A stretch of 64,000 nt of DNA. Origin: Haliotis rufescens. Lineage: Eukaryota. The notes below the pieces were generated by a model. The model did no database searches, was not told the DNA's origin, and was given only the letters and a program-made list of their open reading frames with translations. How positions within the stretch are numbered: the stretch's first letter is position 1; every line of letters begins with the position of its first letter. Shown here one piece after another: positions 36,011 to 50,757 of this stretch. The position numbers and the translations under genes are program-made. Where the stretch lies: the NCBI RefSeq assembly GCF_023055435.1, contig NW_025964001.1, positions 29,078,001 through 29,142,000 on the forward strand. Reading direction: 5' to 3'.

Positions 36011-39000
36011 TGATCTGTTGACTCCTAGACAAGAACCCCTGGGGTCTACTGCAAGACGGTACCGTGAAGATGCGGCATATTGACACGGATTACGTGTCAT
36101 TTTACTGCGAAGGTCAACTGTAATTAAGTCTTCCAATGGATAAAACTGAACAGATAATCTAAACCTGAATAGATAATCTATTGTTACAACAACAATAATA
36201 TTTTTTTTTTAAGAGTAATTTACGCTCACCTATCTCACGCATCGCTCAACGAAACAATGCGATGCTAGACTAATGCTGTCATTCATGACATGAGGGTACA
36301 ACATGGCGGTCATCAATAAACGAATTGTGGGTCTGTTGTATTAATCAAAGTACATAAACATCAGGGGAGAAGCAGATTAGGGAACAGAGGTGCTGACATT
36401 ATCTTTAGGCGTTGTAATACATGACGTAAGAGCGGCCATTGCCATTCAGGCGTAATATATAATGGGCATCCCATTCATGATGTTTACAAATCTGCCATGT
36501 CAAAGTGTTGTGCTTGTGTGCTTTGATCACAGAAGCTTCAACTTTAAGACTCGATTTGAGCTGAATGTCTTTGATCAGTGAAACCGCTTAATGCGACATT
36601 GATAAGATGTACACAAGGCTATTTGCATTTTATCACACAAACTGAACCCAGTTTACAAACATATTAGTATGATGAAAGAGGTTGAACTTCCGTTATGAGG
36701 ATAAATCAAAGAAGCTGTCTTTGTAAACACAGCAAAACAAAATAGCTTTCATTGCTAGCTTATGTTTCGAGGCATTTAGATTGTTAAATCTTTTTAAATT
36801 AGTTCATGTTGGCGAATGTCAGTTTTATGCATTGTATGTTTAATTTGTTTACAACTGACATGTATATTTTACCAGCTATTTTAAAATGTATTCCTGGAGC
36901 GGCGTTTACGTAATCATTCTTGCTTGTTTACTTATCCAAATATAAGGTAAGCGAAATAAATTTGTTTAAATCAGATATGTTGGCTTATATAGTCAATTTA
37001 TCTTGACAATGAAGACATACAATCTAATGACGCAATTCATTTGTGTTTAAAATATTGAATTCTTAAACTCTCGTAATACAATAATATCGCAATTGACATT
37101 AAATTCAGTTGTTATGAAAATAATAGTGTCGATGGTATACTAACTTCGGAATTTAACAGAAAAGCGTCATACCTTTTATATATTTAGGCAAAGAAACGTG
37201 TGTACGTTTGTGTGTCAAGTTATGTCGATTTTAGTATGAAATTATAAACTTATCAATCGTGCATTGAAGTTACACTTAGAAGTGTGTAGTTGTATAACTC
37301 ATTTGGGTTTACCTTTATCTTTCTAATTATATCTAGTTTGAAGGAAGTAAAGGAATTTCGTACTCTATATTTTAAATCTTACTAGGTTCAGACAAAAAGC
37401 CAAAGCGTCTTTGCAATTATGGAAAAAATATCCTTAGATTCTTATCAAAATTGGTAAACAATTTCAAAATACACATTCAAATGTTCTACTTTCTATTATC
37501 TCTCCTTCATCACTACACCGGGGCAGTCTTTGCGTCCACATTGCTAAGCCATTCATAAAAGACATTTTGATTTAGGATACTTCTCCTAACCCCTTTCCTA
37601 CCGTTTATTTGTTCAATTACTTGGTTGACATAACATTAGTGTTGGTACAAAAGAAAATCAACATTTAGTGGTGCTTACCAGTCGTCTCCACAGGCAGAGG
37701 AGCCTAGGGGTTTACTGGTCGAATGACAATTTACGGTTTGAACAACAAAGATCACCAATGCCTTAATTACGTGTCGGGATGCTTCATTGTTCCCTTACAA
37801 AAGACATATTCAAACCGACATTAACCTGCGTCTTTAACAATACCTCATGCCATTTCAAGGCTAATTTTGATCTCAATAGAACCATTCAACAACACGCACA
37901 CAGCGGACGCGTGAAGATAAACCTGTCAGACGCCATGTACAGAAATCAGGGAGTGGGCATTAAGAACTGTAACGTACATCTGTTGTATTGATTAACGGCT
38001 ACAGGAGATGAAAGGGGTGGCAGATAAGAAACACCATCAGCACCAGACACTTTAGTCTGGGTCTTCATCCCTGGCAATTGATGACACAATATACTGACAA
38101 TCGTCACTCAAGGGAAATGTTTAATTAACGTTCCTGCCGACGATATTTCTTAAAAACCGACAGGAGGTCTTAACACATTTATGGCGTCCATGTTGATTAT
38201 TTTACGTAGTAATCAGAGCAACCTTACAAACTGGTGGCCTTATGTAAGATGCCAGTATCCATTTCTAAATAGTTGATGACAACATGGAACGGGCTTATGC
38301 AAGCTTTGTGGACTTAATCTAGTTTATAACAAGTTCGTTTAAATCCTTGTGTCATTACAACACTGCCCTTAGGTTTCCGCTTGATAAAGTATAAGTAGAA
38401 AGTATGTGGTATTTTATTGTCTAATCTATTTATTTGAGCACAGAATATTTGAAAAACATAGGATTTCAAAAGTCACGACTTAGACATCTTTACGAGACGT
38501 TCATAACCGTCATAAGTTCATATTTGAAATATATTATGACATTGGTATTGCAATATATTGTTATGATAATCTTTGACTGTATGCTATACCTACTGATGGG
38601 TCCTTGAAATTAATGCTCATAAGTTTCTGAATATTCCGAGGATATGTGTTTTTGAAGTTTAGTTATTAATGTTTGTGTTTATACTGATTTGATCAGTTTA
38701 GATGCTTTGTATGGCTGTATTGGTTTGTTTGTGATGATATTATATTGCCTTTTTGTACATTGTTTGTATGTTATATATTACATTTTAAAAGCATTTTACA
38801 TACCTCATAACCTACAACTGACATCGTGTACATTGCGTTAGATTGAAAATAATCATCAAATATATCATCTTACCATTCCAAGGCTTACATTGTAACCACT
38901 CTTCATACATGCCGACATTAATGAACGACAACTTTAACACTTCTGGCGTCATGTTCAGAATATAGTTATCAAGCATAATATTCAATAGTTCGCTTTTTTA

Positions 39001-40819
39001 GACACGGATGTACACGGAGTCAAGAGGCCAGCTCAATCAATTCAAGTGAAAGATACACAATTCGTTTGTTTTTTATGTTATGGAAACTGGGTGTCTGTGT
39101 AATTGTTAAGACTACCTGTTGAGCAGAATGTTGTAGTATGTTAAAATACTCCACCAAATTTTGCGTTTGTTGATTATTCTCTGGCGGTGACGTTGTATAC
39201 GCATTTGATGATATATCTGCTCAAATATTCCACACAGGGTTAATCTGTTAATGGTTTTTTTCTGATAACATAATAAGATATACTGATATTTTGTCAGAGT
39301 TTAAAGTCACATGTTTACCAGCCAGAAAGCTGATTAAAAAGTCCAGTCCAGGTTTAGTTTGGACCTGAATAATAGTTGCAAATGTTTAGCAGTATATTAG
39401 TATCAGGCCATTATTTAAATGCCACTCATGTGAGAAGGTCATATCCTGTAGTTTATTAACTGAAACTAAACAAATTAAATCAGCCAGAGCATCGGACGTG
39501 CATGTTTCAAAAGCTGACCGTCCGTGACATAAAAGGCCCGTCTCGCACGGTCTGGCAAGGGAACATTTAAAATAAACTTTTTTGTTGAACATGATAAATG
39601 TCAGCCATTATGTCTGATAAGAACCCAAGCCAACTCACAATGCAAGTCGTCATGGTCACAGAATGTTGATCATGACCACTTTATTTCATGATTTACATAG
39701 CCCAGTGCACAAAGCCACTGGACGCCCATCACACCAATAATTACACCTGTGACTTCAAAAGGTAGCTCATAAAGTTCGTCGTTGTATTGTAATCATCTGA
39801 AACATAAAGAAGTCCAACCTGCACTTGTGCATTTCTTTGTCCGTATTTTCTTTTTTATCCCAATTTTTCCTTTAAAGTGAAATCGAGCGAATCGAAGAGG
39901 TCGTTTTATCGCCTTTCGTTTGATATTTACAAATTATAGCGTAAATCTCAGGACCACATTGTAGTTCTAATGCTGTCTTCCTGGCTTGAAGTACCTTGCT
40001 CGTCCTGGTTACATATGGCGTGTTAACGCGGCGCCTTTTATCCATTGCTAATGTCGTTCCTATTCCCTCCCTGTACAGCGTGACAAAAGATACAAATGTA
40101 TACCTACACCAGGGTAATATTTATTTCTGGGATCAAGAGAAGGCTGTATGTTATGCAATTCAGTGGTGACTGAATAGAAGAACAAATTAACACTCTCATT
40201 ATCGGTATTGTGCTTTCTCACGCTTTTTGCGGAAAGGGGACCCTTCACATAAAATGTGACTGATTACCACTACAAACAACTTTGTTTTCTGCATTAATTT
40301 AACATAACAGTGTCAAAGTGACCCTTAAGGTGAGTTTTAAAAAAAACATTTCCTTGTTGATTCTCCATTTTCATTCTACAGATATTTAAAAAAATGAACA
40401 GCAAATCATTGTGCAATGTTATGTCACAAGGAACTTTTATGGCACATACAAGTACGTCTATTGTTGTCACCACGCCAATTAATGCCATATTTTTATCATC
40501 GCAATGCAGAGCTGCAAAATCTCTATATGTGATTATCGACGACTTTGATTAATCAACACTCTCTTCAAATACATATTTAGACTTAATACCGAGATGGAAA
40601 GTAAATTTTAATCCAAATAAGACTGGATCAAACTTATTTTCTACAACATTCAAGGTTTTATTGTGGACATGTGTAAACAATTCTAAATTTGACGTATCAT
40701 TGACAAAAATAATGTCCGTTGCAGTTCCCTATTTTGACATGTGCCATGTGTTCAGGTGGGTTTGTTGTCAGGTGAACAATTGATTTAGCATGTGTCGGTG
40801 ATGCTTGGTATGGTAAATA

Positions 40820-40822
<3 letters not shown>

Positions 40823-40874
<52 letters not shown>
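40823..40874. repeat. (TA)n microsatellite
   Basis: About 25 copies. Confidence 0.97.
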
Positions 40875-40876
<2 letters not shown>

Positions 40877-43597
40877 TTCGAGCACAGAATTGCATAATGA
40901 CATTATATGATGAAGAGATTATCGCGCTTGTGTATGGTAAACATATATATTTACTTTACAGGATCAGCTTGATAACCTCTATATATTAAGCAATGAACTT
41001 CACATATTCAAAACATACGGAACGAGAGTTAATCAGAATACTCATTGTAAACTTCCATTTGGTTTTGGCGACCTAAATGGACACAAATTTTGATTTTTGA
41101 GTGATATTTCAACTTGTGGCTTCGGATTTTACGACGGAGACGGTCTTCATTATGTATTCTTCATTATAGTTCAAATTTCAGCCATGTTAGATCTAACTGG
41201 TTATTTTCGACAATAAATAGTATAATAACTATATTGTTCGGTAATTCAGATTTGTCAGATGCATTAATTTAAAAATTAATGAATCTGTCCATGATTATTT
41301 TAACAAAACTAATCGCTTTAGTAGCTTGTAAGTGTTATTTATAATATTTGTACAAAACAATTACGTTGTGTAAAATCATGATTTACTGCCTAGTCGAGTT
41401 AAGTCATACTATTATAGAATTGTCTGAAGAGTGTTGTTCTGAGAAATGTATCGATAATATGTGTACTGAAGATGTCTTCAGGTGTTGACCAATCCAGGTT
41501 TTCATTCATGGAAATAAAATATTGTTTAAACTTAAATAGAAAATTATAGCTAAAACTTAGGTAGCTCAATAGGTTATTTAGACTTGCAGCTTGGCATTGA
41601 CAAACTTGTATAACCAAGAATATATGCATTTATACGCAAATGCAAACAAAGCCATTTAGAATTTTATAAATATGATCAAAAATAATATATGTAAATCCTC
41701 CATTGTAACCTGTGCCGTGTGCTGCCCCTGGGCAAAGGTTAAGAATCGTTAATACCATTCTTTGAAAAGACTATATTTCTGCTAATGACAGGACATAGCC
41801 GGTCTTGCATTATACAGAAGGAAACGCTAAGCCGATCTTTACCAGAGGTTGCCATGGCGTTTACACAGTGATGATTATGGAGTTCGGAACTGGTCACTGG
41901 TCATTTCACACGCTCGTGTGTTAGTCATTAGCCGCTTATCGCCCCTCTTGTCACAGATGACCTTCCATGGAGCCATCCAACAGATGTTAGTCGGCCCCAT
42001 CACGTGTGACTTAGCACAGAGCTTATAAATTCTGACCCTGGAATCTAATCTCCGGTTCCATTGTGTTGATGAAAGGTAATTATAAATGATATGTATCAGT
42101 TTGAGAACAAATAATGTTCACCTACATCACAGAGGTGACATTTATGAAGCCGCATACAAAGTGCGAAGTGCACTTGACGCTGAAGCGTGGTGTCAAATTG
42201 TGGATGATAAATACATAAAAAAAACATGTTGCTTATAACCCATATTCGTTATAGAAGAAGCCATAAAGGACAATCGTGGAATAATTGTAAATGGTATAAA
42301 CATATACGCAACTCGAACGCATATATATTGAGCTAAATGTGTATGTGTGTAATACAGGAATTCACTTGTGACACACACCTTGGCACAGATGTCCAGCAAC
42401 AGGTTTGGTTTAAACATATTTTTATTTCAAAAGAAATCTGGATCGGTAAACAAGCAAAACTTGCTTATGTAAATACCTCTCCAGGTAATAACTTTACAAC
42501 AACTGGTTATATATCAGATTATATGTAAGATAGTGCTAAACATAAACATACTAAATGCACAAATGAAATATATGAAGCCAATACAAGTGGTGTCTGTGAA
42601 ATAAGATATAGCAGTTTTCCATTACTACATGCATAAAATTAAGCTACTCGAATCTTTTGCTTTTGACAATGAAATCGTGAACTGATTTAAGAATAGTCAT
42701 GTTTGTAGAACTGCTAACTGAACTATTGCCATGTAATATCGTTTTTAAATCATACCCATGTGTGTAGAAGTACATAGTGTTTCTGATATTTTTGACAGGT
42801 ATAGAAAAGGTTTTACTGGGTACCCTCGCATAAAACCTCCAATCTAACACGCGTTGTATGAAGCATGCATGATATGAATACGGTAATATGTCTCATCATA
42901 CATTCAATCAACCAATCATGTAGCATACCATATAGTCTATGGATTTTAATATTTTTACACAATAGATTTCTGAAACAATTCTAATGCTGATTTAATCTAG
43001 ACTGGTTTTGATTAAAATAAATGCAGATATTCCACTCAAGTAGAAAGGCAACCAACAACGTGGCAGGCTGTCATGTTTACAGGACAGGATGCTATTACTG
43101 TCAGATCTCGACACTGGTCATTTCGTGCACATACAGGAGAGATGCTGATGAATGATACATTCAGAACTTGCAATGTCTTTTCTTAACAGAAAAACAAAGT
43201 TTGCTATCACCATCATGCACTATACTGACAATAAATCAAACGCGACAGATAAATAGGGTAAGTTAATGGGGATGGCAATGCTAGCATATTATGTCACGGG
43301 TGATAAAAGAGAATAATTTACGATTGTTGTAATAATTAAACACAGTTGTGTATATTGATTAATGATAGGCTCGCAACATCAGCCGGAGGCTATTATGCAA
43401 TGTCCACAAGCGAGGTGATTACACAGCAGGTAGACCCTGAACACTCGTCACTTTGCCCACACACTATTCCGCCTTTCAACTTCCATCACAGATGACCCCG
43501 CTTAAAAGCTATCCATCAGACCCTGAGAGAGATTTGTTTGCCACATGATAACGATATAATTACCAGTTCCTAGCTGTCAATCATTCTAAGCTCAAAC

Positions 43598-43665
43598 CTG
43601 ATTGGCTGCTACTGGTGGCATAAATGAGACTATATAAAGATCAGGAGAATCCCAGCAGTCATTTA
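43598..43665 (+). promoter_or_regulatory. Core promoter of E: inverted CCAAT box, TATA box, Inr
   Basis: CTGATTGGCT at 43598, TATATAAAG at 43631, TCATTT with its A at 43661 (30 bp after the TATA start). Confidence 0.75.
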
Positions 43666-43674
43666 CAGACAGAC

Positions 43675-44760
43675 ATGGGCGTTCCGACACATCTGTTACA
43701 GCCTCTTAGTGTTGATACCAGCTCAAGTTATGATCTCGACATGTCCAGGTTTCCAGGCCTGAATGATCCAAGATACAAAAATGAACCTATGTTAATGGTT
43801 GCACAGAGATCTACAAATTACTGTGGATATAACAACATTCAATGGACGTGTTCTGGCAGAAGGGAGAGTTCAATCAGGCTCCCCCAAACAATTCACCATG
43901 CGGATACCAGTTTAACTTCCAGATGTCCACCAATGCATTCTTCTGTGCACCCAGTGGATGTTCCTGACGATCTGCTTGAAATCACTGGTAAGTGGAGCTC
44001 GGTACTGATAATGCATACTTCATGCTTATGTTCTGGAAATATTTCTTCATGGATAGTCTTGGATGAATTAGAATTTTGTTGTTGTCAAATCGAATATTAT
44101 TATGACCTCTACTTATACCAAATGCCAAATATAAATGTACTTATTTAGATTTATAAATAATTCAAATATGAATATTCAAGCCTTGCTTCTTTATTCTCCT
44201 CAGATCTCCAAGCTCAGGATTTGTTGGAACTTCTGGATACAAAAGAATATGAGATTCTCGTCGATGATATTAGTCAAGAACTGCAGAGACATGATCAGTT
44301 ACCAGATATACAGATCCTTGCAGTCGAACAAAAAAGGGATTGTACTCATGATCAAAGACAATTGCATACAAATTACCATCGACCAGATCTACATTCAACG
44401 CCATTTGAACAAAGGAGATTCAGTTGTTACCAAAGTGAAATACCTCAGCACCATCCAAGGAATACCACGCCGTACAACAGGTCTTTAAATATGTGCAAGG
44501 ACTTCAAAGGATATGTGTATCCCACATACAACATGAGCACAAACAGATGTGTGGCTGTAAATGCACCGGTTAATTCATTCGGAAATACTTTAGTAAACCC
44601 TGTCGGTAATAAATCTGTAGCCACAGCTGTCAGGAACAAGAGGAAATGGTCAAGTGATAGTGACAATTCCCATAAGAGGAGATGTCTGCAGGCGAGACAT
44701 GTGGATTACCTTGGGCAATATTCTGTGATAAGACAAGGGTCTCAGATAGGAGTGATGTGA
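43675..44760 (+). CDS. Paralogue E (most divergent), join(43675..43987, 44204..44760), ~289 aa
   Basis: MGVPTHLLQPLSVDTSSSYDLDMSRFPGLNDPRYKNEPMLMV. ACTG|GTAAGT and CCTCAG|AT join in frame. Contains DLLELLDTKEYEILVDDI and KRKWSSDSDNSHKRRC. AATAAA at 44935. Confidence 0.88.
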
Positions 44761-46687
44761 TAGATGCCATCGATAAAACAGTTCCTGACGCATATGGATA
44801 ATATTTCTCACGATGTATATTGTGTGCATGTGTGTAAAGATAACGCGTATGAAAAGCCAAATCGTGTATACTACTTGCAGAGTGCATGCAACTAATTCCG
44901 TCATTGTTATTTATTTGTTGCATATTTTATATTGAATAAACCTTATTTTCATAGTTGTGCTTTCGGTTTATTTTCTTTCTTTACTCCACTTTCTGATCTT
45001 CTCCATCTCTGCATTTCCATTTGAATTGTAGTTAGTTGGTAATAACTACTTTCTGTGCTAAGTATGTGTTTTTGAAAACCCAACAAAGAACAGTTAAGTG
45101 AAAATACGAAGAGAAAAGCTTACCTGCTGTGATATATTTCACAAACGACAATTACGCTTCATAACATATGTGGTTGCCTGATGTTGTTTGACAAGTCGAC
45201 TTTCAAAATTCTCCACACAATCCGAATTTATCACGTACAAAGACGCCATAGACTTTCAAACAAATATCAAATTGGCGTTTTTAATCCAGCACAAAATCCC
45301 AAGGATTCTCCATATTACTTTCCATCTCTTTCAATGTAGAGCCACTGACACTTTCAACTTCTCGTAAAAGCTTTAATTGGGACCAACCAGAAGTCATGCT
45401 GGCTTTTTAAGCCATGAAAAACGCTAATGTGAATACCGGCATCGTTCTGTGGACAATGGAGCCTTGCTGTTGACCCCAGACTCCTGGTACACCCTAGGGG
45501 TGACCCATGCCCATTCTAGTCAACTTTGTAAATGGACATTGATCAGTGACCGTGGCGATAACATGAACGTGATAACACCCAGTGATTTCTTTGAAGTGAC
45601 ATGCTGCAAAATGAATGAAAAGAGCTAATTTATTCTTGAATAATGAATGATACAAGTAATCAATATGAACGTTATAAATACTGGATTTATAATTTAATCA
45701 ATCCTCAATTCTTGCAAACTCCATTGCAAATGAAGTTTCATGTCTATTGTATTAATTAACATACGATTAAGGACCATTCATGAGAGAAAGGGTCAGTTGT
45801 TTAGCGTAGTGTACAATGGTGTTTCAATAGTCGCTATTTACAGGTATGTGAAGCGCAATATCATCAGGAACAACCATATGTGGGATGGTGTGTTGTCTAT
45901 TTACGAATGATGTAATAAGGATAGCATGCCTGGAAATGGCATCGATAATTAGACAGTTATAATGAGTTATACTATCACGCGAAACGCGGTTAATTATAAA
46001 AATGAAATTGATAAGCTAAAACACGTGACATGAATCCTTGTATGGACGGTAGCGACAGCAGGGGTTGGGGATGGCTGAACATGTTCTGATTACTCCTGAT
46101 GGTCGTTTGCCATCCTGTATATTGACCGTGGAGTGGATGTATTAGGCAGCGGTTGTGAGGTATATTCTAGTTACCTTCCATTGTTATAAAGATTCAACAT
46201 GGATGGTATTGTGATGGGCAACAATAGAAGAAAATGCGTTCGATTGTAGCATTTTTATACCATGTTAGTTGATACCTGTATTATGTGAGTCAATACAAAC
46301 GTTTCAGTTTTTGTAGATTGACGTTGATCACTTTGCCTTTGTGGAACATTCTACACCATCCAGTGTCCCTTGAATAATGTGGCCTTGTGTAATATTGGAA
46401 TTCAATGAGTAACACTTCGAAGGGCGAAATGTACTACACAACCATAGTGAGTGCGCAAACCAAATCAATCGGAAAACAATATCATTCCTTATTCAGAATT
46501 ATATTAAGATCAACACAGGATATAAACAGTATATTGATAACCCACATATTATGCCATCTGGCGGAAGTCTAAGGACACTTTTCTTACCAAGTCAGGGGTC
46601 TGTACGTAGGGGTCGAACGCCACCTTTAACAATTTGTAGTTGTATAATGCTGCTTGTTCAATGTGGGCAGATAACACATATAGTTGA

Positions 46688-47367
46688 CTTACTTACTTAC
46701 TTACTTTGGAGATTTAACGTGCGCTTTCCGACTGATGCGTATTTCGCACACGGGCCCGGCCAGGCCATTTAATGTGTTTCCGAAAGGGGCGAAAGTGGTC
46801 TGAGCAACCCAAGAGGGGGCTTTAGGGGTTGCTTATATAGAATTTGGGAATTTTGAGATTTGGAATAGATGCCGATGGGGTTGGGGAGGAGAACTAAGGG
46901 AGCTGGGTATGGTGGATGTTTGTTTGTTTATGTGATTTTGATTTGGTAGATTATTGTGTTTTTAGATGCGTTTTATTAGTTCCGTTTTGATTAAGAATAC
47001 GCCTAAGGCCTTGAAGTTTTCTGGTTTATTTTGTGGGTTTAGTATAGCTTCTAGAGTGAGAGACTTGTTTAGATTGAGGGTGGTTTGTAATGCGGTTCGA
47101 TGTGTTAGGTAGTGTGTGCAGTGGATGAGTGCGTGTTCTGGGGTTTCTAGTTGTTTGCAGTGTGGGCAGTTACCTGTAGTGTGTTTTTTTTATTTTTTTA
47201 GGTGGTTATTTAGGTTGGTGTGTCCTGTTTGGAGTTTAGTGATTTCTCTGTCGATTTTATTTGATGGATGGAGAATTTTTGGTTTGGTTAGTGGTTTGCT
47301 GAGTACTTTTTTGATTTGGCTATTTGAGTTTAGATAAAGGTTATGCCTTTTTTTGGGTGATTTTTTG
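46688..47367 (-). mobile_element. 5'-truncated I/Nimb-like LINE, ORF2 C-terminal zinc knuckle plus 3' UTR
   Basis: KLQTGHTNLNNHL..GNCPHCKQLETPEHALIHC, (AAGT)n tail. 11-bp TSD CATATAGTTGA (46677-46687, 47368-47378). Confidence 0.9.
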
Positions 47368-50300
47368 CATATAGTTGAGAACCAAGGGTCATTATCAGGG
47401 TAATTAGTTTCCCACCATAGCCAGCAAATCAGGTAAGCTAATACCTTGACCATTAAGCCACCCTTCCCCCGAGTGTTGATGGATACTCTTGACTCTACTC
47501 TTGAACAAAGAACTGCATTGCGCAATCTAGCGTTATCAGGGTTGGTTATCTATTTGTTTCATTCACACACGTTTATGGGGGAGGAAATTGACAGGGACAA
47601 CCCCTGTCCTAATAACCGTGAGCTGCTTGACACCGGTCACAGCAATCAATATTTACAGCTCTTGATTGTATTCGTAATCACGTAACCGTCCAGAAAGCCC
47701 ACGGAATTATTTTGACAGTTGCGGTTAATTATTCATTCGTTATCAGCACAGAACGGCCATGTTACCATAAGCAAAGACATTACATAACTGTCTGGAGTAT
47801 TGCAGTATTTGTCTCTGGTGGTAGCTGGCGGCCACGATTTCCGCCCATATAACGAGGGAATTTATACAAAGACTTATATGAAGTCCCTGATCCAGCAGTA
47901 CAGATTTGAATCAAATCATCGCCTATAATGTCTGAATACATGGAAGCTTAGTCTGGGGAACCGTTGTGTTTCCACCGTTTAGCATGCCAAATCAACATAA
48001 ATCATTGACATGGGTAGTGTTTGTTTGACATTGTAATTGGTGATTATATTTCCTACATACCCTTTATCACGCCCATATAGTTCCTGTACATAGCATAGCG
48101 TATAGTTGCCCTTCATAACTACTGTTGTCTCCCACATATACCTTATCAAGCCCAATAAAGTTCCATAACATATCTTAGCTTAAATATAAACCGTCAACGC
48201 CAGATAATAATCAGTCTTGATTGTCTGCGAAATAGATTCCATTGGGCGTAAAAGAGATCACTGAAAATAAAAATGACACCAGGTCTTCGCGAAAAGGATA
48301 GACATGCCCTGCCAACATTTTAACTACTGATTGGTGATAAAGCTTAATGTGCACACAAAGTAGTGGTTGGGGCTTAGTAAAACTATTACATGATTCAACC
48401 AGGGATTTTAAATACAGATATTTTCATCTTTTTCGTTAGCCATTTGGAATATGTATCCCCGTATTTCAAAAGATAAACTGCCCATATTGAAGATGGTTTT
48501 CCTTTGTTTTACGCCACAACATCTTAAAAGTCATTCAACAGACTTGAAAGACATAGACATGAATTTTGTTATGTTTTTCGAATCTACATTTCCGGTGCGT
48601 ATTTGCAGCACAAATGTATACCAATTTTAAGGACGCTGAAAATGGATGCACTCTGTAACGTGTACATGCTATAAAAATGTGTTGTGATGAAATAGCGCAA
48701 TAGAAAGGTTTGTATGCACACGCGCCATGTGTTGTTCGAACAGAACAAATTCATGTGCAATGTATGCAATCAACAATCACACCCCAAGACATCCAGATTC
48801 GACTGCTAGAACTGCTCGATATACTCAGCGGTGCAGATCAGCTACTTCGCTTTAAACAATATTTATTCCATTTCCCAGGATAGATGGACAAGCAACTAGA
48901 TGTCTATCTGAACATGTCTCTTAAACCTTATATAACAAAGGGTACATTAATACATGATTTGGGATGAGTAAAAGATATTATATAGCATACTGGATATTTC
49001 ATGAACGTGGGCGAAATTTGACTCAATAAGACTATGGTCACTGTACACATCTATATGTGTCTCATCGTAGACAAGATGACAGTAACAATTATGCACATAC
49101 TCTCTTAAACAAAAGAATAGGCAATTCATAATTGTTGCTTGCTTCAATAGAATATCTTTCATATTGTTGCATGACAAGAAATATGAGGAATAAATGTATA
49201 TGGGAAAACCTAGGACATTCAAGGGTTAATGATATTTATCTTCATCAGCTGTGGCGAAGCGAGTACGATTAATTGATAGTGTTACTAGGCAACAGAACCA
49301 AAGGGACAACGTCAAAACATGTACGTGATTACATTTGTAAAGATGAATACTCAGATTGTTTCGAGCCTTCAAGTTGCTCAGTTTCAAATCACCATGTGAT
49401 AAAGCATTTTATGTGAATGGCATGTAAATTTCTGTGACACGTGAAGGCCTCGGACACAAAAGAACACGGTCAACTATTGTAAATACCATATTTCGGGCTC
49501 ATAAATCAAACAGGCAGTCTATTTACATACGTGACACGGAAGGGACAAAAGCTGGTTATAAATAATCACAACCTTTGGAAAAGCCGTTTCGATTTACAGT
49601 GATGAGTACGTTTCTCACAAAGACTGATGACACACGCTTTACCTTAATCTTATGGAGAATCAAAAAGCCATGTGTGAATGTTTTTGACACAATGACAATA
49701 ACTTTTGATTATGCAGTTGAAAGGGGAGGTAAAACAGGGTTTTTTCCATAATATGTACCACAAATAAAATCTATTAAAATCGAATGTACTTATGGCTTCC
49801 AGGGCACCTGCCATTTCGGTAAAATTGTTTGTAAAATTGTTTAGTTCATTTTCGCAAATTGATTTACGGACTTGATACCAGATATATCTCCTATAAAGAG
49901 GCACCGATTCTGTAAGGTATGACCAGAAATATTCAGTTCAACTGTTTATTGTACTGGAGTTACATTGGTATGTATAATAATATTGCATACGTGTATACAT
50001 GATATTTAATTCACGTATTGATAGTTAAAGTATTAAATTAAATCGCAATATGGATGTATGAACAGAAATGCCCTTTTACATTACACATTCACATTTATGA
50101 ACCAACCTACCGTCATATGACTGGATTAGTTATGATAACGTTGAAAACCATGCCGACTCATTTCACGAAACATTTCCTCTTGGCAAATACACCAGCAATC
50201 AATATATGGATATACATACATTTACCATTACAGTACATGTTTTGAAAAGAAGTTCTTTGCATGAGCGTCCTAACAACAGCTGTTTCAGAACAGCGTGTGT

Positions 50301-50757
50301 TTCCTCACATCAACATTACGCATGACGATGCCTTCCTTAGATGTCACTCATTGTATCAGTTTACAAATAATGGTGTTGCTTAGGTGGTTAAACAAAGGAC
50401 ACGTAATTGTAATATGCTTTGCATCTGGTGTGGATCTAGTATTTCCCAAGTGAAATTATCAAAGAAATGTGCCAGATTACATTCTAAGTCCCTTCTTATA
50501 TCCATTACGTAATAGTATGAAACTTATTCTGTTCTTAAGTTCAACATTTTAGATTTTTTTCTAAAAACATACACAAACTTATGAAACAAAACCAAATGAG
50601 CTAATTTGACCAAAGACGGTCAAGCACAATTAGTCCCCTGCGGTCTTGGCTCAGATTGACTGGCGGACATGCAAGCTTTGAAAACCAGTCACGTAAGCAC
50701 TCAAATTCGTTTTCATATTACAGAAATGATTGATGTGCAACACTAGAGCAGCTTAGC

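Noticed and set aside
40697-40989. YIYIYI ORFs
   Set aside because: Translation of the (TA)n microsatellite.
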